Positions 40,099 to 50,746 are shown, numbered from the stretch's first letter. The stretch: 57,753 bases of DNA from Candidatus Tayloriibacteriota bacterium (GCA_903893855.1 CAITNV010000008.1:1-57753), one strand, 5' to 3'. Translations and numbers: made by a program. Notes: generated by a model from the letters alone, not told the origin.

Positions 40099-40485
40099 CT
40101 ATTTCTTCGTCTCCTCGGCAATCTGCTTCAGATAAAAGGAGGCTGCCCCGTTTGGGCGAATCTCACCTTTACCTGTCACCATATCAATAACTTTCTTTGA
40201 ATGCGGGTGACGATGTGCCAATTCCCGCACGTACAAGTATATAGCACGGAAAAAAGAAAGTACATGGAATGCCACCCACTGAACCACCGCGATGGCATTG
40301 TGCTTATTGATATGTGAAGCTACAAACCGTACTTTACTATAAACCGCCTGAAAAATATAGTCCGTCCGATCAGCTAAACGAGAAAGAAAAGACTTTCGAT
40401 TTCTTTTGATTTCAACGTATTTAAGCGTTAGCATACCAAGTATTCCTACGAACGCTATATAGAATGTGATTGTCGCGAAATACAT
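40099..40485 (-). CDS. Hypothetical membrane-anchored protein
   Basis: 128 aa; N-terminal hydrophobic helix and basic remainder; fills the tsf-tRNA gap. Confidence 0.7.
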   Translation of the reverse strand: MYFATITFYIAFVGILGMLTLKYVEIKRNRKSFLSRLADRTDYIFQAVYSKVRFVASHINKHNAIAVVQWVAFHVLSFFRAIYLYVRELAHRHPHSKKVIDMVTGKGEIRPNGAASFYLKQIAEETKK

Positions 40486-40516
40486 AGATTATTTTTGCAA
40501 TACGCGAGCGCACCGG

Positions 40517-41167
40517 TTAGTTGCCCTGACCGACTGCCATTCGTGAGAACTGCGTGATCGCGATCTTTTCGCCGAATTTCTGCATCGCATTGTCAATGAG
40601 GGCCGCAATCGTAACATCAGGATTCTTGATGAAAGGCTGATCTACAAGAACCTGTTCTGCGAAGTATGCATTAAGCTTTCCTTCGAGAATTGAAGCCTTG
40701 ATCTCTGCAGGCTTAGCCTTGAAAACCTTACCTGCAGCCTTTGCCTTCTCCATATCCTCTTCTTCGGCTTTTTTCATCTCATTCTCAAAGACTTCCTTCG
40801 CTGCATTTCGTTCAGCTTCGGTGATAGCATCACGAGTACCGTACTTTGGGTTAGTTGCGGTGACATGCATCGCAATGTCTCGAACTAATACCTTAAACTC
40901 TTCGTTATTAGCAACGAAGTCTGTCTCACACATAAGTGTGACCATTGATCCAACACTACCAGTAGCATGAACATATGCGCCTACTACGCCTGCACCGAAA
41001 GTTCGGTCAGCCTTCTTTGCAGAAAGCTCACCGCTCTTCTTACGAAGAATGATAAGAGCCTTCTCAGTGTCGCCACCCGCTTCTTCGAGGGCTTTACGGC
41101 ACTGCATAACAGATATACCTGTTTTATCGCGCAAATCCTTTACTTGTTCAGTGGTAATAGTTGCCAT
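40517..41167 (-). CDS. tsf: Elongation factor Ts (short type)
   Basis: VKDLRDKTGISVMQCRKAL, CETDFVA, IAMHV, QPFIKNP; follows rpsB. Confidence 0.96.
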   Translation of the reverse strand: MATITTEQVKDLRDKTGISVMQCRKALEEAGGDTEKALIILRKKSGELSAKKADRTFGAGVVGAYVHATGSVGSMVTLMCETDFVANNEEFKVLVRDIAMHVTATNPKYGTRDAITEAERNAAKEVFENEMKKAEEEDMEKAKAAGKVFKAKPAEIKASILEGKLNAYFAEQVLVDQPFIKNPDVTIAALIDNAMQKFGEKIAITQFSRMAVGQGN

Positions 41168-41231
41168 GGTAATATTAAATAATTAAAACAATAAACAATA
41201 CAGACTAACCTTTATAGCCTAGCATAATTAG

Positions 41232-41996
41232 CTAGATTTTTCGAGGGCTTGTCTCTGAAGTAGCAGCTGGTGCTACTGGAGCAGTTGGAGCTGCTTTTGC
41301 AAGTAATTTACCTGCTTTGTAGGCATTCACAACCTCGCCGAGGAAGAATTCGATGCTAGACTTTGATGAATCATTACCAACGATAGGATATTCAACCGTG
41401 CTAATGTCACAGTCAGATCCGGCAATAGCGATAACTGGAATACCGAGGTCATGAGCTTCTTTAACCGCTGTGTATTCTTTCTTAGGGTCAACGATGAGGA
41501 TAGCTTGAGGCAAATCCTTCATAGAAACGATACCCGAGAAGAATCGGTCAAGGTTAGCAATCTCACGGTCGATAAGGAGTCGCTCCTTCTTGGTGTATTT
41601 TGCAAGCTCACCCTTCTCTCGTTCTGCAGTAAGTCGCTCGAATTTCTCGACACGCTTCTTGATCTGAGTAAAGTTAGTCATTGTTCCTCCAATCCATCGT
41701 CCATCTACGAACGGCATACCAATAGCTTCAGCAGATACTCGAACAGCGGCTCGAGCTTCGCTCTTACCTCCAACGATAAGAAGTTGTTTACCTTCTTTAG
41801 CTAAATTCTCGACGAAAACACAAGCAGCCTTCAATAGTTCCTGAGTCTTCTCAAGATCGAAGATTTCTACCTTGTTTTTTGCACCGAAAATATACTGAGA
41901 AACTGTTGGGTGTCGACGAGCCTTTCCAAAAGCAAAGTGCGCACCTGCTTTGAACATGCTATCGATGGTTCCGTTATGTGTCTTTGATTCAGTCAT
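41232..41996 (-). CDS. rpsB: 30S ribosomal protein S2
   Basis: MFKAGAHF, IFDLEKT, RWIGGTMTNF, AVKEA..LGIPVIA..DCD, PIVGND; start set at ATG 41996. Confidence 0.96.
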   Translation of the reverse strand: MTESKTHNGTIDSMFKAGAHFAFGKARRHPTVSQYIFGAKNKVEIFDLEKTQELLKAACVFVENLAKEGKQLLIVGGKSEARAAVRVSAEAIGMPFVDGRWIGGTMTNFTQIKKRVEKFERLTAEREKGELAKYTKKERLLIDREIANLDRFFSGIVSMKDLPQAILIVDPKKEYTAVKEAHDLGIPVIAIAGSDCDISTVEYPIVGNDSSKSSIEFFLGEVVNAYKAGKLLAKAAPTAPVAPAATSETSPRKI

Positions 41997-42063
41997 ATGT
42001 CGTGAGAGTCTATCAAATAAGCCTTTTTTTTGCAAATGGGCTTATCTTTTAGGCCGTTTTTAG

Positions 42064-43506
42064 TTAAATTGTCTCAACAAGGACCATATTAGTATCAGAA
42101 TGCTTTCCAAATGGCATTCCAGCGACAATGACGACCTTATCGCCCTTCTTTACGAATTTATGATCAACTGACACCTTACGAACCATGCTCATAATGTCAG
42201 CGACGCTATCAAACTGAGGCACTACAACTGGGTGACAACCGAATGATAGAACGAGGCGATTCGCTTCAGACTGGTTTGAAGTGAAGCCGAGGATAATCTG
42301 GCTTGGGCGATATCGCGCAATCATACGTGCAGTTCGGCCGTACTTGGTAAGAGCGACAATATACTTGGCACCAACATCATGAGCGAGCTTTACCGCTGAT
42401 TCACATACAACGTCTGTAATAGGCTGTGAGAGAGCGTGTTTATGATCGTATGAAGGCATTCGCTTTTCGAAAAATGTCTCTCCTTCTACTTTAAGTGCAA
42501 TCTTTGTCATCATTGAAACAGCTTCAACTGGGAACTGTCCGAGTGTTGTCTCTTCTGAAAGCATGATTGCATCAGTACCATCAATAATAGCGTTTGCAAC
42601 GTCTGATACTTCAGCTCGTGTAGGTACTGGAGACTTAATCATAGACTCAAGCATCTGTGTAGCGGTAATGATAGGCTTTCCAAGAGCATTACACTTAGCG
42701 ATGAGCATTTTCTGAGCAAGAGGAACATCCTCAGCAGGAATCTCAATAGCGAGATCTCCTCGAGCTACCATCACAGCATCAGTAAGAGCGAGGATAGCGT
42801 CGATATTCTCAAGCGCTTCTGGAGTCTCAATCTTAGCGATAATACGAGCCTTTGACTTTGCTTTATCTAGAATGTCTCGCAATTCCTTAATGTCCTCTGG
42901 TCGTCGAACGAAAGAAAGCGCTACGAAATCTACCTTATTCTTAATACCAAAAAGCACATCTACTCGATCCTTATCAGTAATAGAGCTGATTGAAAGGTAA
43001 GCACCTGGGAGGTTAACACCTCGACGGCTCTTGATCTCTCCACCAACAAGTACTTTACCAACTACTTCTTTGCCCTGAATCTTAGTAATAACAATTCGAA
43101 TCTTTCCATCATGAATGAGGATATGACCACCAACTTTAACTTCTTTTGGAAGGAGAGGATAATTTACATGAACAATATTCTCATCTCCCATAATCTTCTC
43201 TGTTGTAAGGGTAAATGTCTGACCAACCTTAAGAACGATAGAGCCGTTCTTGAATTCCCCTGTTCGAATCTTAGGACCTGAGAGGTCCTGCATAACAGCC
43301 ACAGTCTTACCAGTCGCTGCAACAGCCTTCTTAAGGTTCTCAAGGCGCTGCTGGTGTTCAGCTGCATCACCGTGTGAGAAGTTAAGTCGCATCACATTCA
43401 TACCAGCATTAACAAGGTCAGATAATTTCTCAACGGTTTCGGTTGCTGGACCTATCGTACAGACGATTTTGGTCTTTTTCTCAGGGGCTGTCAGTGTATT
43501 TTTCAT
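42064..43506 (-). CDS. pyk: Pyruvate kinase
   Basis: TKIVCTIGPA, RLNFSHG, IIAKIE, MVARGDL, TATQMLESM, PTRAEVSDVANA. Confidence 0.98.
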   Translation of the reverse strand: MKNTLTAPEKKTKIVCTIGPATETVEKLSDLVNAGMNVMRLNFSHGDAAEHQQRLENLKKAVAATGKTVAVMQDLSGPKIRTGEFKNGSIVLKVGQTFTLTTEKIMGDENIVHVNYPLLPKEVKVGGHILIHDGKIRIVITKIQGKEVVGKVLVGGEIKSRRGVNLPGAYLSISSITDKDRVDVLFGIKNKVDFVALSFVRRPEDIKELRDILDKAKSKARIIAKIETPEALENIDAILALTDAVMVARGDLAIEIPAEDVPLAQKMLIAKCNALGKPIITATQMLESMIKSPVPTRAEVSDVANAIIDGTDAIMLSEETTLGQFPVEAVSMMTKIALKVEGETFFEKRMPSYDHKHALSQPITDVVCESAVKLAHDVGAKYIVALTKYGRTARMIARYRPSQIILGFTSNQSEANRLVLSFGCHPVVVPQFDSVADIMSMVRKVSVDHKFVKKGDKVVIVAGMPFGKHSDTNMVLVETI

Positions 43507-43596
43507 GTAATTTGTAAATTATTGTTATTTTTAAATCGGGGATCATTTTAGCACATTTTTATAAAAAATCCATATTTTGCTTAACGAAGTGACTTT

Positions 43597-44574
43597 TTAA
43601 TCCGCACTATCGTCACTACCTGCATCACTACCCGTTTCATTACCTGCTATGCCGGTCTCTCGATACTTCTGCACCGCTTCAATGATCGGATCGAGCTCAC
43701 CTGCGAATATCGTCTCGATATTATGCCACGATTGCTTTATGCGGTGATCGGTCACACGGTCTTGAAGAATGTTGTAGGTTCTTATCTTCTCCGATCGATC
43801 TCCAGTACCCACCTGTCCCTTACGATTGGCACTGAACTTCTTCGCTTCGCGTTCTTCTTCAAGCGCTTCGAGCTTTGCCCGAAGGATGCTCATTGCAGTC
43901 TCACGGTTCTTCGACTGGCTTCGCTCTGCTGTGGCTCGAACCCAGAGGCCTGAGGGCTTGTGAATGACACGCACTGCAGTCTCCACTTTGTTAACGTTCT
44001 GCCCTCCTTTACCTCCAGCACGAGAGAATTCAATCTCAAGGTCAGCAGGGTTAATCTCGAATGTAGACTTCTTTCTAATAGGCAAAATAGCGACCGATGC
44101 AGTCGATGTATGCACTCGGCCCATTTTCTCAGTTACAGGGATTCGCTGAATGCGGTGCACACCTGTCTCATAGCGAAGCGCATCGTATGCCCCTTTGCCT
44201 TTAATTTCCATCGAAGCACCTTCTTCGAGCACTCGTGTGCCCCACCCTTTAGCGATAGAATATTTCTCATACATTTCAAGAAGCTCACGCGCAAAAATCG
44301 CCGCTTCATCCCCTCCAGCAGCTGCGCGTACTTCCAACACGAGTTCATTAGGAATCTCATCCTCTTCTTTCTCACGGTCGATGATTCCTTGAATCTGTAC
44401 CTCAATTGTCTTCTTCTGCTCACGAATGCCAGCAAGATCAGCTTCCGCCAAATCCTTCATCGAAGGGTCAGCAGCCATAGTTAAAAGCTCCTTTTCTTCA
44501 AGGTCAAGCTTCTCATACATTTCGGCAAGGTATGCCGTCTTGTGGTCTTTTTTGTACTCTTCGAGATTGATCAT
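43597..44574 (-). CDS. prfA: Peptide chain release factor 1
   Basis: HRIQRIPVTE (PxT), GGKGGQNVNK, GDRSEKIRTYN; N-terminus shortened. Confidence 0.95.
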   Translation of the reverse strand: MINLEEYKKDHKTAYLAEMYEKLDLEEKELLTMAADPSMKDLAEADLAGIREQKKTIEVQIQGIIDREKEEDEIPNELVLEVRAAAGGDEAAIFARELLEMYEKYSIAKGWGTRVLEEGASMEIKGKGAYDALRYETGVHRIQRIPVTEKMGRVHTSTASVAILPIRKKSTFEINPADLEIEFSRAGGKGGQNVNKVETAVRVIHKPSGLWVRATAERSQSKNRETAMSILRAKLEALEEEREAKKFSANRKGQVGTGDRSEKIRTYNILQDRVTDHRIKQSWHNIETIFAGELDPIIEAVQKYRETGIAGNETGSDAGSDDSAD

Positions 44575-44856
44575 CTATCCCTGCTTTGCTGCAGATTTGG
44601 TAGATTTTGTAGCCTTTGACTGACGAGTCTTGAACTTCTCAACACGACCAGCTGCATCGAGTGTCTTCTCTTGATTAGTATAGAAAGGGTGTGAAGCGCT
44701 AGAGATTTCTACGCTGTAGAGTGGGTATTCTTTACCATCAGTAAATGTGCCCTTTTCCTTGGTAGCAATAGTAGAACTAATAAGGAACATAGCCCCGTTT
44801 GAATTATCGAGGAAAATAACCTGTCGGTAGTCCTTTGGATGGATTTCTTTTTTCAT
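44575..44856 (-). CDS. rpmE2: 50S ribosomal protein L31 type B
   Basis: MKKEIHPKDYR.VIF.D, VEISSASHPFYT, GRVEKF; no Cys. Confidence 0.93.
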   Translation of the reverse strand: MKKEIHPKDYRQVIFLDNSNGAMFLISSTIATKEKGTFTDGKEYPLYSVEISSASHPFYTNQEKTLDAAGRVEKFKTRQSKATKSTKSAAKQG

Positions 44857-44914
44857 GTCGCTACTATAGCAGAACTCATTAATTATGGCAAATATTGCTC
44901 GAAATCAAGCCTAA

Positions 44915-46141
44915 TTAACCAAAAGTAAACGTAAAAGCTTCCAAACCTGGACCCTCTGTATCAATCTCGAGTGTATGAGCTCCATAATCAGAACCCTCGA
45001 TTAATGTGTATAGTTTATTCTGCTGTATAGTCATTTTTTTAACAAAGACCCCATCGCGCTTAATGTCCACCATCACTCCGGCTGGTGTGCTCGAGCTGGC
45101 AGCGGCGACAAAATATACATTTTTTGCATTATATCGGTATATGATTTTCGCCTGCTTGGACACTGTCTCTGCCCATTCTGGTTTAAAGTTCCAACTACCT
45201 TCAAGATATAGAGAACTTAACGCTGGGTTCGCTTCGATATTACCGGGGATTACGAGCTGTTGTGTTCCAACAACTTGCGAATCTCCGTTAGCGAAGAATT
45301 CATTACGAGCCGCTCCAAAATACGTCTCAGGACTCTGTACACCCCTCGGGTCCATATTAATAGCATCTGTTGGATTCACGATTCCCGTCGGCACGGCATT
45401 CGTGAGACCAAGAACAGTATTTCGCTCCGCCAAAGCACTCTGAATTGCTTTCTCAGTAACATCATAATCTCCCTCTCCGATATGATCATGGGCAATGTAT
45501 CCATCAATGTCGATAAGAAGTTCGTGTGGCCAATACCGATTATTATATGCATTCCACGTGCCGTTATTGCTATCGAGAACCACAGGATATTTAATACCGA
45601 ACTGCGCAACTGCCGTCGTAACGTTACTATAATCTTTTTCGAATTCAAATTCTGGCGTGTGCACTCCGACAATCACGAGACCTTGGTCTTTGTATTTTTG
45701 ATAGAGAGCATTAAGGTAAGGAATGGTTCGCTCGCAATTGATGCAACTGTATGTCCAAAAATCTAGCAATATTACTTTCTTCCCCACGAACTGCGACAAG
45801 GTAAATGGAGCTCCTCCAACAACTTTACCATTATCGCCATTTGGACTATTGATAAAGCCTTGTGGATCTGCGAGCTCTTTAGCTTTAGCATACTTTGCAA
45901 TCTTTGGTGCTATACGATCGATTGTAGCTGCGGTAGTGGCGGCCTTAGTGGTCGTTGTAGTTGTCGTCGCAGTAGCAGCCACGCCGTTTTGAGTTTGCTT
46001 TTGAGTCTGATTTGGGATACCAACTGCAATATCTTGCGAAACTTGTATTGGAACCGAGGGTTTGCTCGTCTCGATATATACGATTACACCGATGATTACG
46101 CATACGGCAACTATTTGAATTAAGCGACGTTTATTTTGCAT
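44915..46141 (-). CDS. Membrane-anchored thioredoxin-like redoxin with DipZ-type C-terminal domain
   Basis: DFWTYSCINC, GVHTPEFEFEK, NRYWP, HIGEGDY, SPETYFG, terminal AFTFTFG. Confidence 0.88.
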   Translation of the reverse strand: MQNKRRLIQIVAVCVIIGVIVYIETSKPSVPIQVSQDIAVGIPNQTQKQTQNGVAATATTTTTTTKAATTAATIDRIAPKIAKYAKAKELADPQGFINSPNGDNGKVVGGAPFTLSQFVGKKVILLDFWTYSCINCERTIPYLNALYQKYKDQGLVIVGVHTPEFEFEKDYSNVTTAVAQFGIKYPVVLDSNNGTWNAYNNRYWPHELLIDIDGYIAHDHIGEGDYDVTEKAIQSALAERNTVLGLTNAVPTGIVNPTDAINMDPRGVQSPETYFGAARNEFFANGDSQVVGTQQLVIPGNIEANPALSSLYLEGSWNFKPEWAETVSKQAKIIYRYNAKNVYFVAAASSSTPAGVMVDIKRDGVFVKKMTIQQNKLYTLIEGSDYGAHTLEIDTEGPGLEAFTFTFG

Positions 46142-46897
46142 TTATTTTTTGGTTATTGCTGTTGAGGCAAGATATGATAAAAACCCAGGGATAATCGGCA
46201 AAATACATGGACTTAAAAATGAACCGAGTCCTGCAAGGAAAGCAATGCCAATATTAATAACTGAAAGTGAATTAATACTTCCCCCGACCGATGTCCCGAT
46301 TTGGAGCGAGTCTAAAAGACCAACCAATAATTGAAAATTTGCGACCTTACTCAATTCTCCGGTGAAAATAAGAATGCCGATGACAACAAGTAATGCTCCG
46401 AATACATATTCAAAATACGCGACCCACGGCCCCGCTTTATTGATCAAAGCTTCAGCTTGATTGGTGAAAAGTCCCACCAAAAGAAATGGAATACCGATGC
46501 CGAGCGTATATGCGAATAACAAAACGAAAGCGCTCGTCGCTTCGGTTGCAGCGAGAGCAAGTATCGCTCCGAGTGCAGCAGTCACGCACGGTGTCCAGCC
46601 CACAGCAAAAGCCGCACCAAAAACAAACGAAGTCATATAATACGAATTGAATCGTTTCTTGACAGCAATGGTGTGTGTCTTCTCTAAGAACTTTGGTTTA
46701 AAAAGTCCGAGTAAGAATAAACCAAACATAATAATAATTAATCCCCCAATATACCCGAGCCATGCTTCTACTCCTTTTGAAGCGTGAGACAAAACAGTCT
46801 GAAGTAGTATTCCGACAATTGAAAATACCACCGAGAAGCCGAGGACAAAAAATACGCTACTCAAAAAAATGCTCCAGTTTCTTTTTGTTTGTACCAT
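46142..46897 (-). CDS. ccdA: CcdA/DsbD-beta transmembrane electron transporter, apparently circularly permuted
   Basis: Central FAVGWTPC motif; the AFLAGLGSFLSPCILP motif is at the C-terminus instead of the N-terminus. Confidence 0.85.
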   Translation of the reverse strand: MVQTKRNWSIFLSSVFFVLGFSVVFSIVGILLQTVLSHASKGVEAWLGYIGGLIIIMFGLFLLGLFKPKFLEKTHTIAVKKRFNSYYMTSFVFGAAFAVGWTPCVTAALGAILALAATEATSAFVLLFAYTLGIGIPFLLVGLFTNQAEALINKAGPWVAYFEYVFGALLVVIGILIFTGELSKVANFQLLVGLLDSLQIGTSVGGSINSLSVINIGIAFLAGLGSFLSPCILPIIPGFLSYLASTAITKK

Positions 46898-46923
46898 ACA
46901 ATTATATTATTTTTAAGCTGATA

Positions 46924-48132
46924 TTAAAAACTTAGTTTGAGAAAATCGCCGAATCTTTCCATCTCTTTTTGCGCTTCTCTAATCTTACTTTTTAATTCGT
47001 CCTGTGACAATGTCTCCCTCCATTTTCTCTCATCCTCATCAGGTATATTAATAAGACACCCTGGATATATATCACCTAATGCAATTCTCACAACTGGGCC
47101 ACCTACTCTCTGGGCATAGTATTCTTTAATGTATTGGCCAACTTTATTTTTTAAAGGCAGATTTCTCTTATCCTATTCTATATATTCATCAGTCTCTGGT
47201 GCGTTTCTCGTCATTTCATAATAGTCCTTCTGAGCGGAATCATTTTCGACATTAAAAATATCTGTGGCCAGAATACTGTATTTTTGAGCAATGGCATTTT
47301 TTATATTTTCTTCATCTTTAAACCTAAACTCTGGCTGATCGGAAGCTGCACAACAGACCCATGGAAAAGCGAGCCTATCGCCATCAGTGTGTCCGCCACA
47401 AGATGAAACCGTGTTGATACCATTTGCGCGTAAACCGACAACTACTTCTTTTATTTCTTCGTCAACTGGCATGCCGAGCCGGTCAGTGATAGTGTCGACT
47501 TGACGACGTATCTCGTTCCAAGCGATATCTTGCTCATTAGGAATATGTTCGTTAATGATACGATTGTATAGATTTGGAAATACGCTTTTTACGATATCAG
47601 TATGTCTCTTAAATTCCTCGAGTTCTGTATTCCAGTTGTCTCTTGATAAGCGATGCCCGATTAATTTGAATATGGTTGATTTTTTGACTTCAATGGGCAA
47701 TTCGTTGTCATGTATATTCTGATTATTGACATAAGCTTCCACAGCAGTTTTTTGATAGCCAAGCAGAAGTCCACGTTCCTTATCTTTATTTTTAATGACC
47801 TCTTTAGAATCACCTTCTGTATATTCTGTATGTATCAGTTTTTCTAAAATCTCTTCATTTCTTGCACAATAAAATCTGCACCACACACTCTGGTTTTCGG
47901 TAGTAAAAAAACTTCGAACATTACAATTATTTTCAATCAATAACTGCTCGAGCTCATGAGATTCATTGTGGATTTGGTCTTTCTTAGTAAGTGGCTCTTG
48001 CCAATCCATAAAGAAAGAGGGTTTTAGACCAAGAAGTGTCAGTGCGATCTCCACTTTGTTGTGATCGCCGATAAAAGATAAATTCTTTTCATTCTCTAAC
48101 TGCTCTATATGCTTTGGTAATAAGTTTTGCAT
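46924..48132 (-). pseudogene. AT-rich hypothetical gene interrupted by a single in-frame TAG (47173-47175)
   Basis: After ..DEYIE-TAG the frame stays open for 82 codons (DKRNLPLKNKV...QKEMERFGDFLKLSF) to TAA at 46924. Confidence 0.65.
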
Positions 48133-48165
48133 TATCGCTTTTTACAAAAATAGTATTACTCCTCG

Positions 48166-49332
48166 CTAATTAAAATTAATAACAACAATCTCCGACTTTG
48201 TCCCAATTCGTACCGGAGGACCCCAAGTTCCGACTCCACTCGATGTATATACATGCAAAGGCTCGGCATTATTTCGCTTATACGTCGCGAGTCCATATCC
48301 AAAGCCACGGAATATCATATTCGTAAGGATGTTCACAGGGAAAACCTGCCCATGATGGGTATGTCCTGACAATTGCACCGACACTCCAGCATCCGCTGCA
48401 ACATGAATATCTCGTGGTTCATGCTTTAGCAATATGCTTGGTCTATTGCGGTCAAAAATAATATTTTTCATAACCGTACGGAATTTCTCAGTCGTATCAG
48501 TGTGTCCATGATCCACACCGATGATTTGCATTCCTTCAACCTCAACTATTTCGTCTTCAAGTACGGTGATACCGAGAGCCTTCACCGCTTCGATATACTT
48601 CGGTGGATCATTTGGATTAAATTCTTCATGATTCCCCATGATAAAAAATGTTGGGCAAATCTTTGGTAAAGCTCGAAACGGTTCGACAATAGCGTGCATA
48701 TCTACCTTCACACCATCATAAAGATCACCACCAATAAAAACCACGTCGGGTTTACATGCAGCTATAGCGGCAGTAACTTTGGCAGCGAAATGCTTTCCGC
48801 GGATATGCCCTAAATGAACATCACTAACCCAGACCGCTTTCATCCATCGCCATGCTTGGGGCAAGCCATCTATTTTAATTGTGACATTCGTAGTTCGAAT
48901 CACACTGGCATTATATAAACCATACGCCACACTCACACAAGCCAGACAGACAAGAACAAGGCCGACCTTCGCAAGACTATCTTGATGAAAATTGCCTAAT
49001 TCTGCCACGTCCAGAGCAACTACAACTCCATACAGAGCTACCGCACCAAAAACATACATCATAAGACCGGTCCATATTGCAGTAATACGATAATATAAAT
49101 GCACGAGCCAATTATTTACTTTCATCGAGAGTGCAATAGCGATTGCAAAGCTCAACCATAAAAACACAAAAATTCCTTTAACAATAGCTGTTGAAAAAAA
49201 TACCAAAAAAGCAGAACTTGGAAATAGTAGACTCGCAATCGTAATAATCGCTTCATATACTACATAGTGTGCGATTCCCAAAATACCGAGGATTATAAGA
49301 ATCCCAAGACTCACAAGTGAAAATATACGCAT
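48166..49332 (-). CDS. Membrane-bound calcineurin-like metallophosphoesterase (YkuE-like)
   Basis: Four N-terminal TM segments; SDVH, GDLYD, GNHE, LLKHEP, SGHTHHGQ, GTWGPPVRIG. Confidence 0.9.
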   Translation of the reverse strand: MRIFSLVSLGILIILGILGIAHYVVYEAIITIASLLFPSSAFLVFFSTAIVKGIFVFLWLSFAIAIALSMKVNNWLVHLYYRITAIWTGLMMYVFGAVALYGVVVALDVAELGNFHQDSLAKVGLVLVCLACVSVAYGLYNASVIRTTNVTIKIDGLPQAWRWMKAVWVSDVHLGHIRGKHFAAKVTAAIAACKPDVVFIGGDLYDGVKVDMHAIVEPFRALPKICPTFFIMGNHEEFNPNDPPKYIEAVKALGITVLEDEIVEVEGMQIIGVDHGHTDTTEKFRTVMKNIIFDRNRPSILLKHEPRDIHVAADAGVSVQLSGHTHHGQVFPVNILTNMIFRGFGYGLATYKRNNAEPLHVYTSSGVGTWGPPVRIGTKSEIVVINFN

Positions 49333-49342
49333 AAATAAATAA

Positions 49343-50746
49343 TTAATAACCTTGTAACTGATCGATCTCCGATGTCTGAATATAATTGGCTTTTGCTAAT
49401 ACCTGCGTAGCATATGTCGTATTGCCATATACGAGACCGCACGCTTGTCCTGAGAAATATTTACACGCTGCAGTTCGCTCGCTCGTGTAGCTGCCCACTC
49501 GAGCTCCAAGATCTGCAAGATAGAGTGCAGAAGCAGTGAAAGCATCTTGTGGGTTCCATGGATTAACCGTCGAAAGACTCTGTCCTAGAGCATCAGCAAT
49601 TCGCTGCTGAAGCAATACCCATGTCGAAGGAATAAACTGCGCCGGCCCCATAGCACCTCCCCAACCAACAGCTTGCGGACACGACACGAGAGTTTTATAT
49701 GGATCGAAACCAAGTGAAGCGGTCAGTGTCTGGAATATTGGAGTGTCGCGCCGTGGGTTCATAACTTTATAAACCGTTGCTCCGGTCTTTGCAGATATTC
49801 CGGCACCAGTCTGCATATCGGTTACGTAACAATTGCCGACGTTAGCACCAAGTGAAGACTCTTGTGTAAGAATAGCAAGGAGGAAAGCGGTTCGAACACC
49901 TGTCGCACGGCTTGCGGCCTGAGCGTACTGAAGCGCTTGTCCGAAAGGAATTGCTTGCGAACCTCCAGCAAGGCTAAACAAAGCACTGCGAATAGCTGCA
50001 GCTTGTGATGATTTTTGTGCGAGGATCTGACCATATGTGGCTTCATTGCCTTTACTAACATTAAGCAAAGTCTGTTTCGTAGCTTCATCACGCTTAATAT
50101 TTGCTTGATCTTGTACAATAGCTTGTCGAGCATCGATCTGCTGGTTTTGTTGCACAGTTAATTGGTCCTTCTCGGTTTGTGTCTGGCTTTTATTAGCATC
50201 AATCTGATCGAGTGTGGCCTGAAGCGAATTTTCAACGGCACCAAAGGTATCGAGATCTGAGAAAACTTCGGTGATATTTTTATACGAAAGAAGAACTTCG
50301 GGCAACGTCACCGAATCAAGTTCATTGGTCTTACGTAATATCTCAGCAAGACTATCTTGTCCTTGTTGGATCTGACCAGAGAGATTGGTGATAGTCTGTG
50401 CTTTATCTGAAATGTTTTTACCGAGTGTTGCAATAAGAAGATTCTTTGCCTGAATATTAAGCTGCGCCACTTTAATTTTGGCATTAAGAACTGCAATAGC
50501 TTGCTTAAGTGAAGTAGATTGATTCTGCGCTTGTGTAAGTGTGGCTTGGGCTGCTGCTTGCTCAATCTGGCATTGATTGAGATCTGCGGTTAGGCGAACA
50601 TTCTTCTGTGTAGGCGTTTCATTAGGCAGGCTCGATGTATCGTCAGTACAAACAGCCCCCGTCGAAGCCACTTGAGCGTGTGCCACCGTTACGGACCCTG
50701 CCATCATAAAAAATACAATACAAAAAGCGAAAGCCTTCAATTTCAT
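49343..50746 (-). CDS. Exported coiled-coil protein with C-terminal lytic-transglycosylase (SLT-like) domain
   Basis: Signal peptide ending AHA; long Gln-rich coiled coil; AILTQESSLG and GAMGPAQFIPSTW; start set at ATG 50746. Confidence 0.85.
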   Translation of the reverse strand: MKLKAFAFCIVFFMMAGSVTVAHAQVASTGAVCTDDTSSLPNETPTQKNVRLTADLNQCQIEQAAAQATLTQAQNQSTSLKQAIAVLNAKIKVAQLNIQAKNLLIATLGKNISDKAQTITNLSGQIQQGQDSLAEILRKTNELDSVTLPEVLLSYKNITEVFSDLDTFGAVENSLQATLDQIDANKSQTQTEKDQLTVQQNQQIDARQAIVQDQANIKRDEATKQTLLNVSKGNEATYGQILAQKSSQAAAIRSALFSLAGGSQAIPFGQALQYAQAASRATGVRTAFLLAILTQESSLGANVGNCYVTDMQTGAGISAKTGATVYKVMNPRRDTPIFQTLTASLGFDPYKTLVSCPQAVGWGGAMGPAQFIPSTWVLLQQRIADALGQSLSTVNPWNPQDAFTASALYLADLGARVGSYTSERTAACKYFSGQACGLVYGNTTYATQVLAKANYIQTSEIDQLQGY

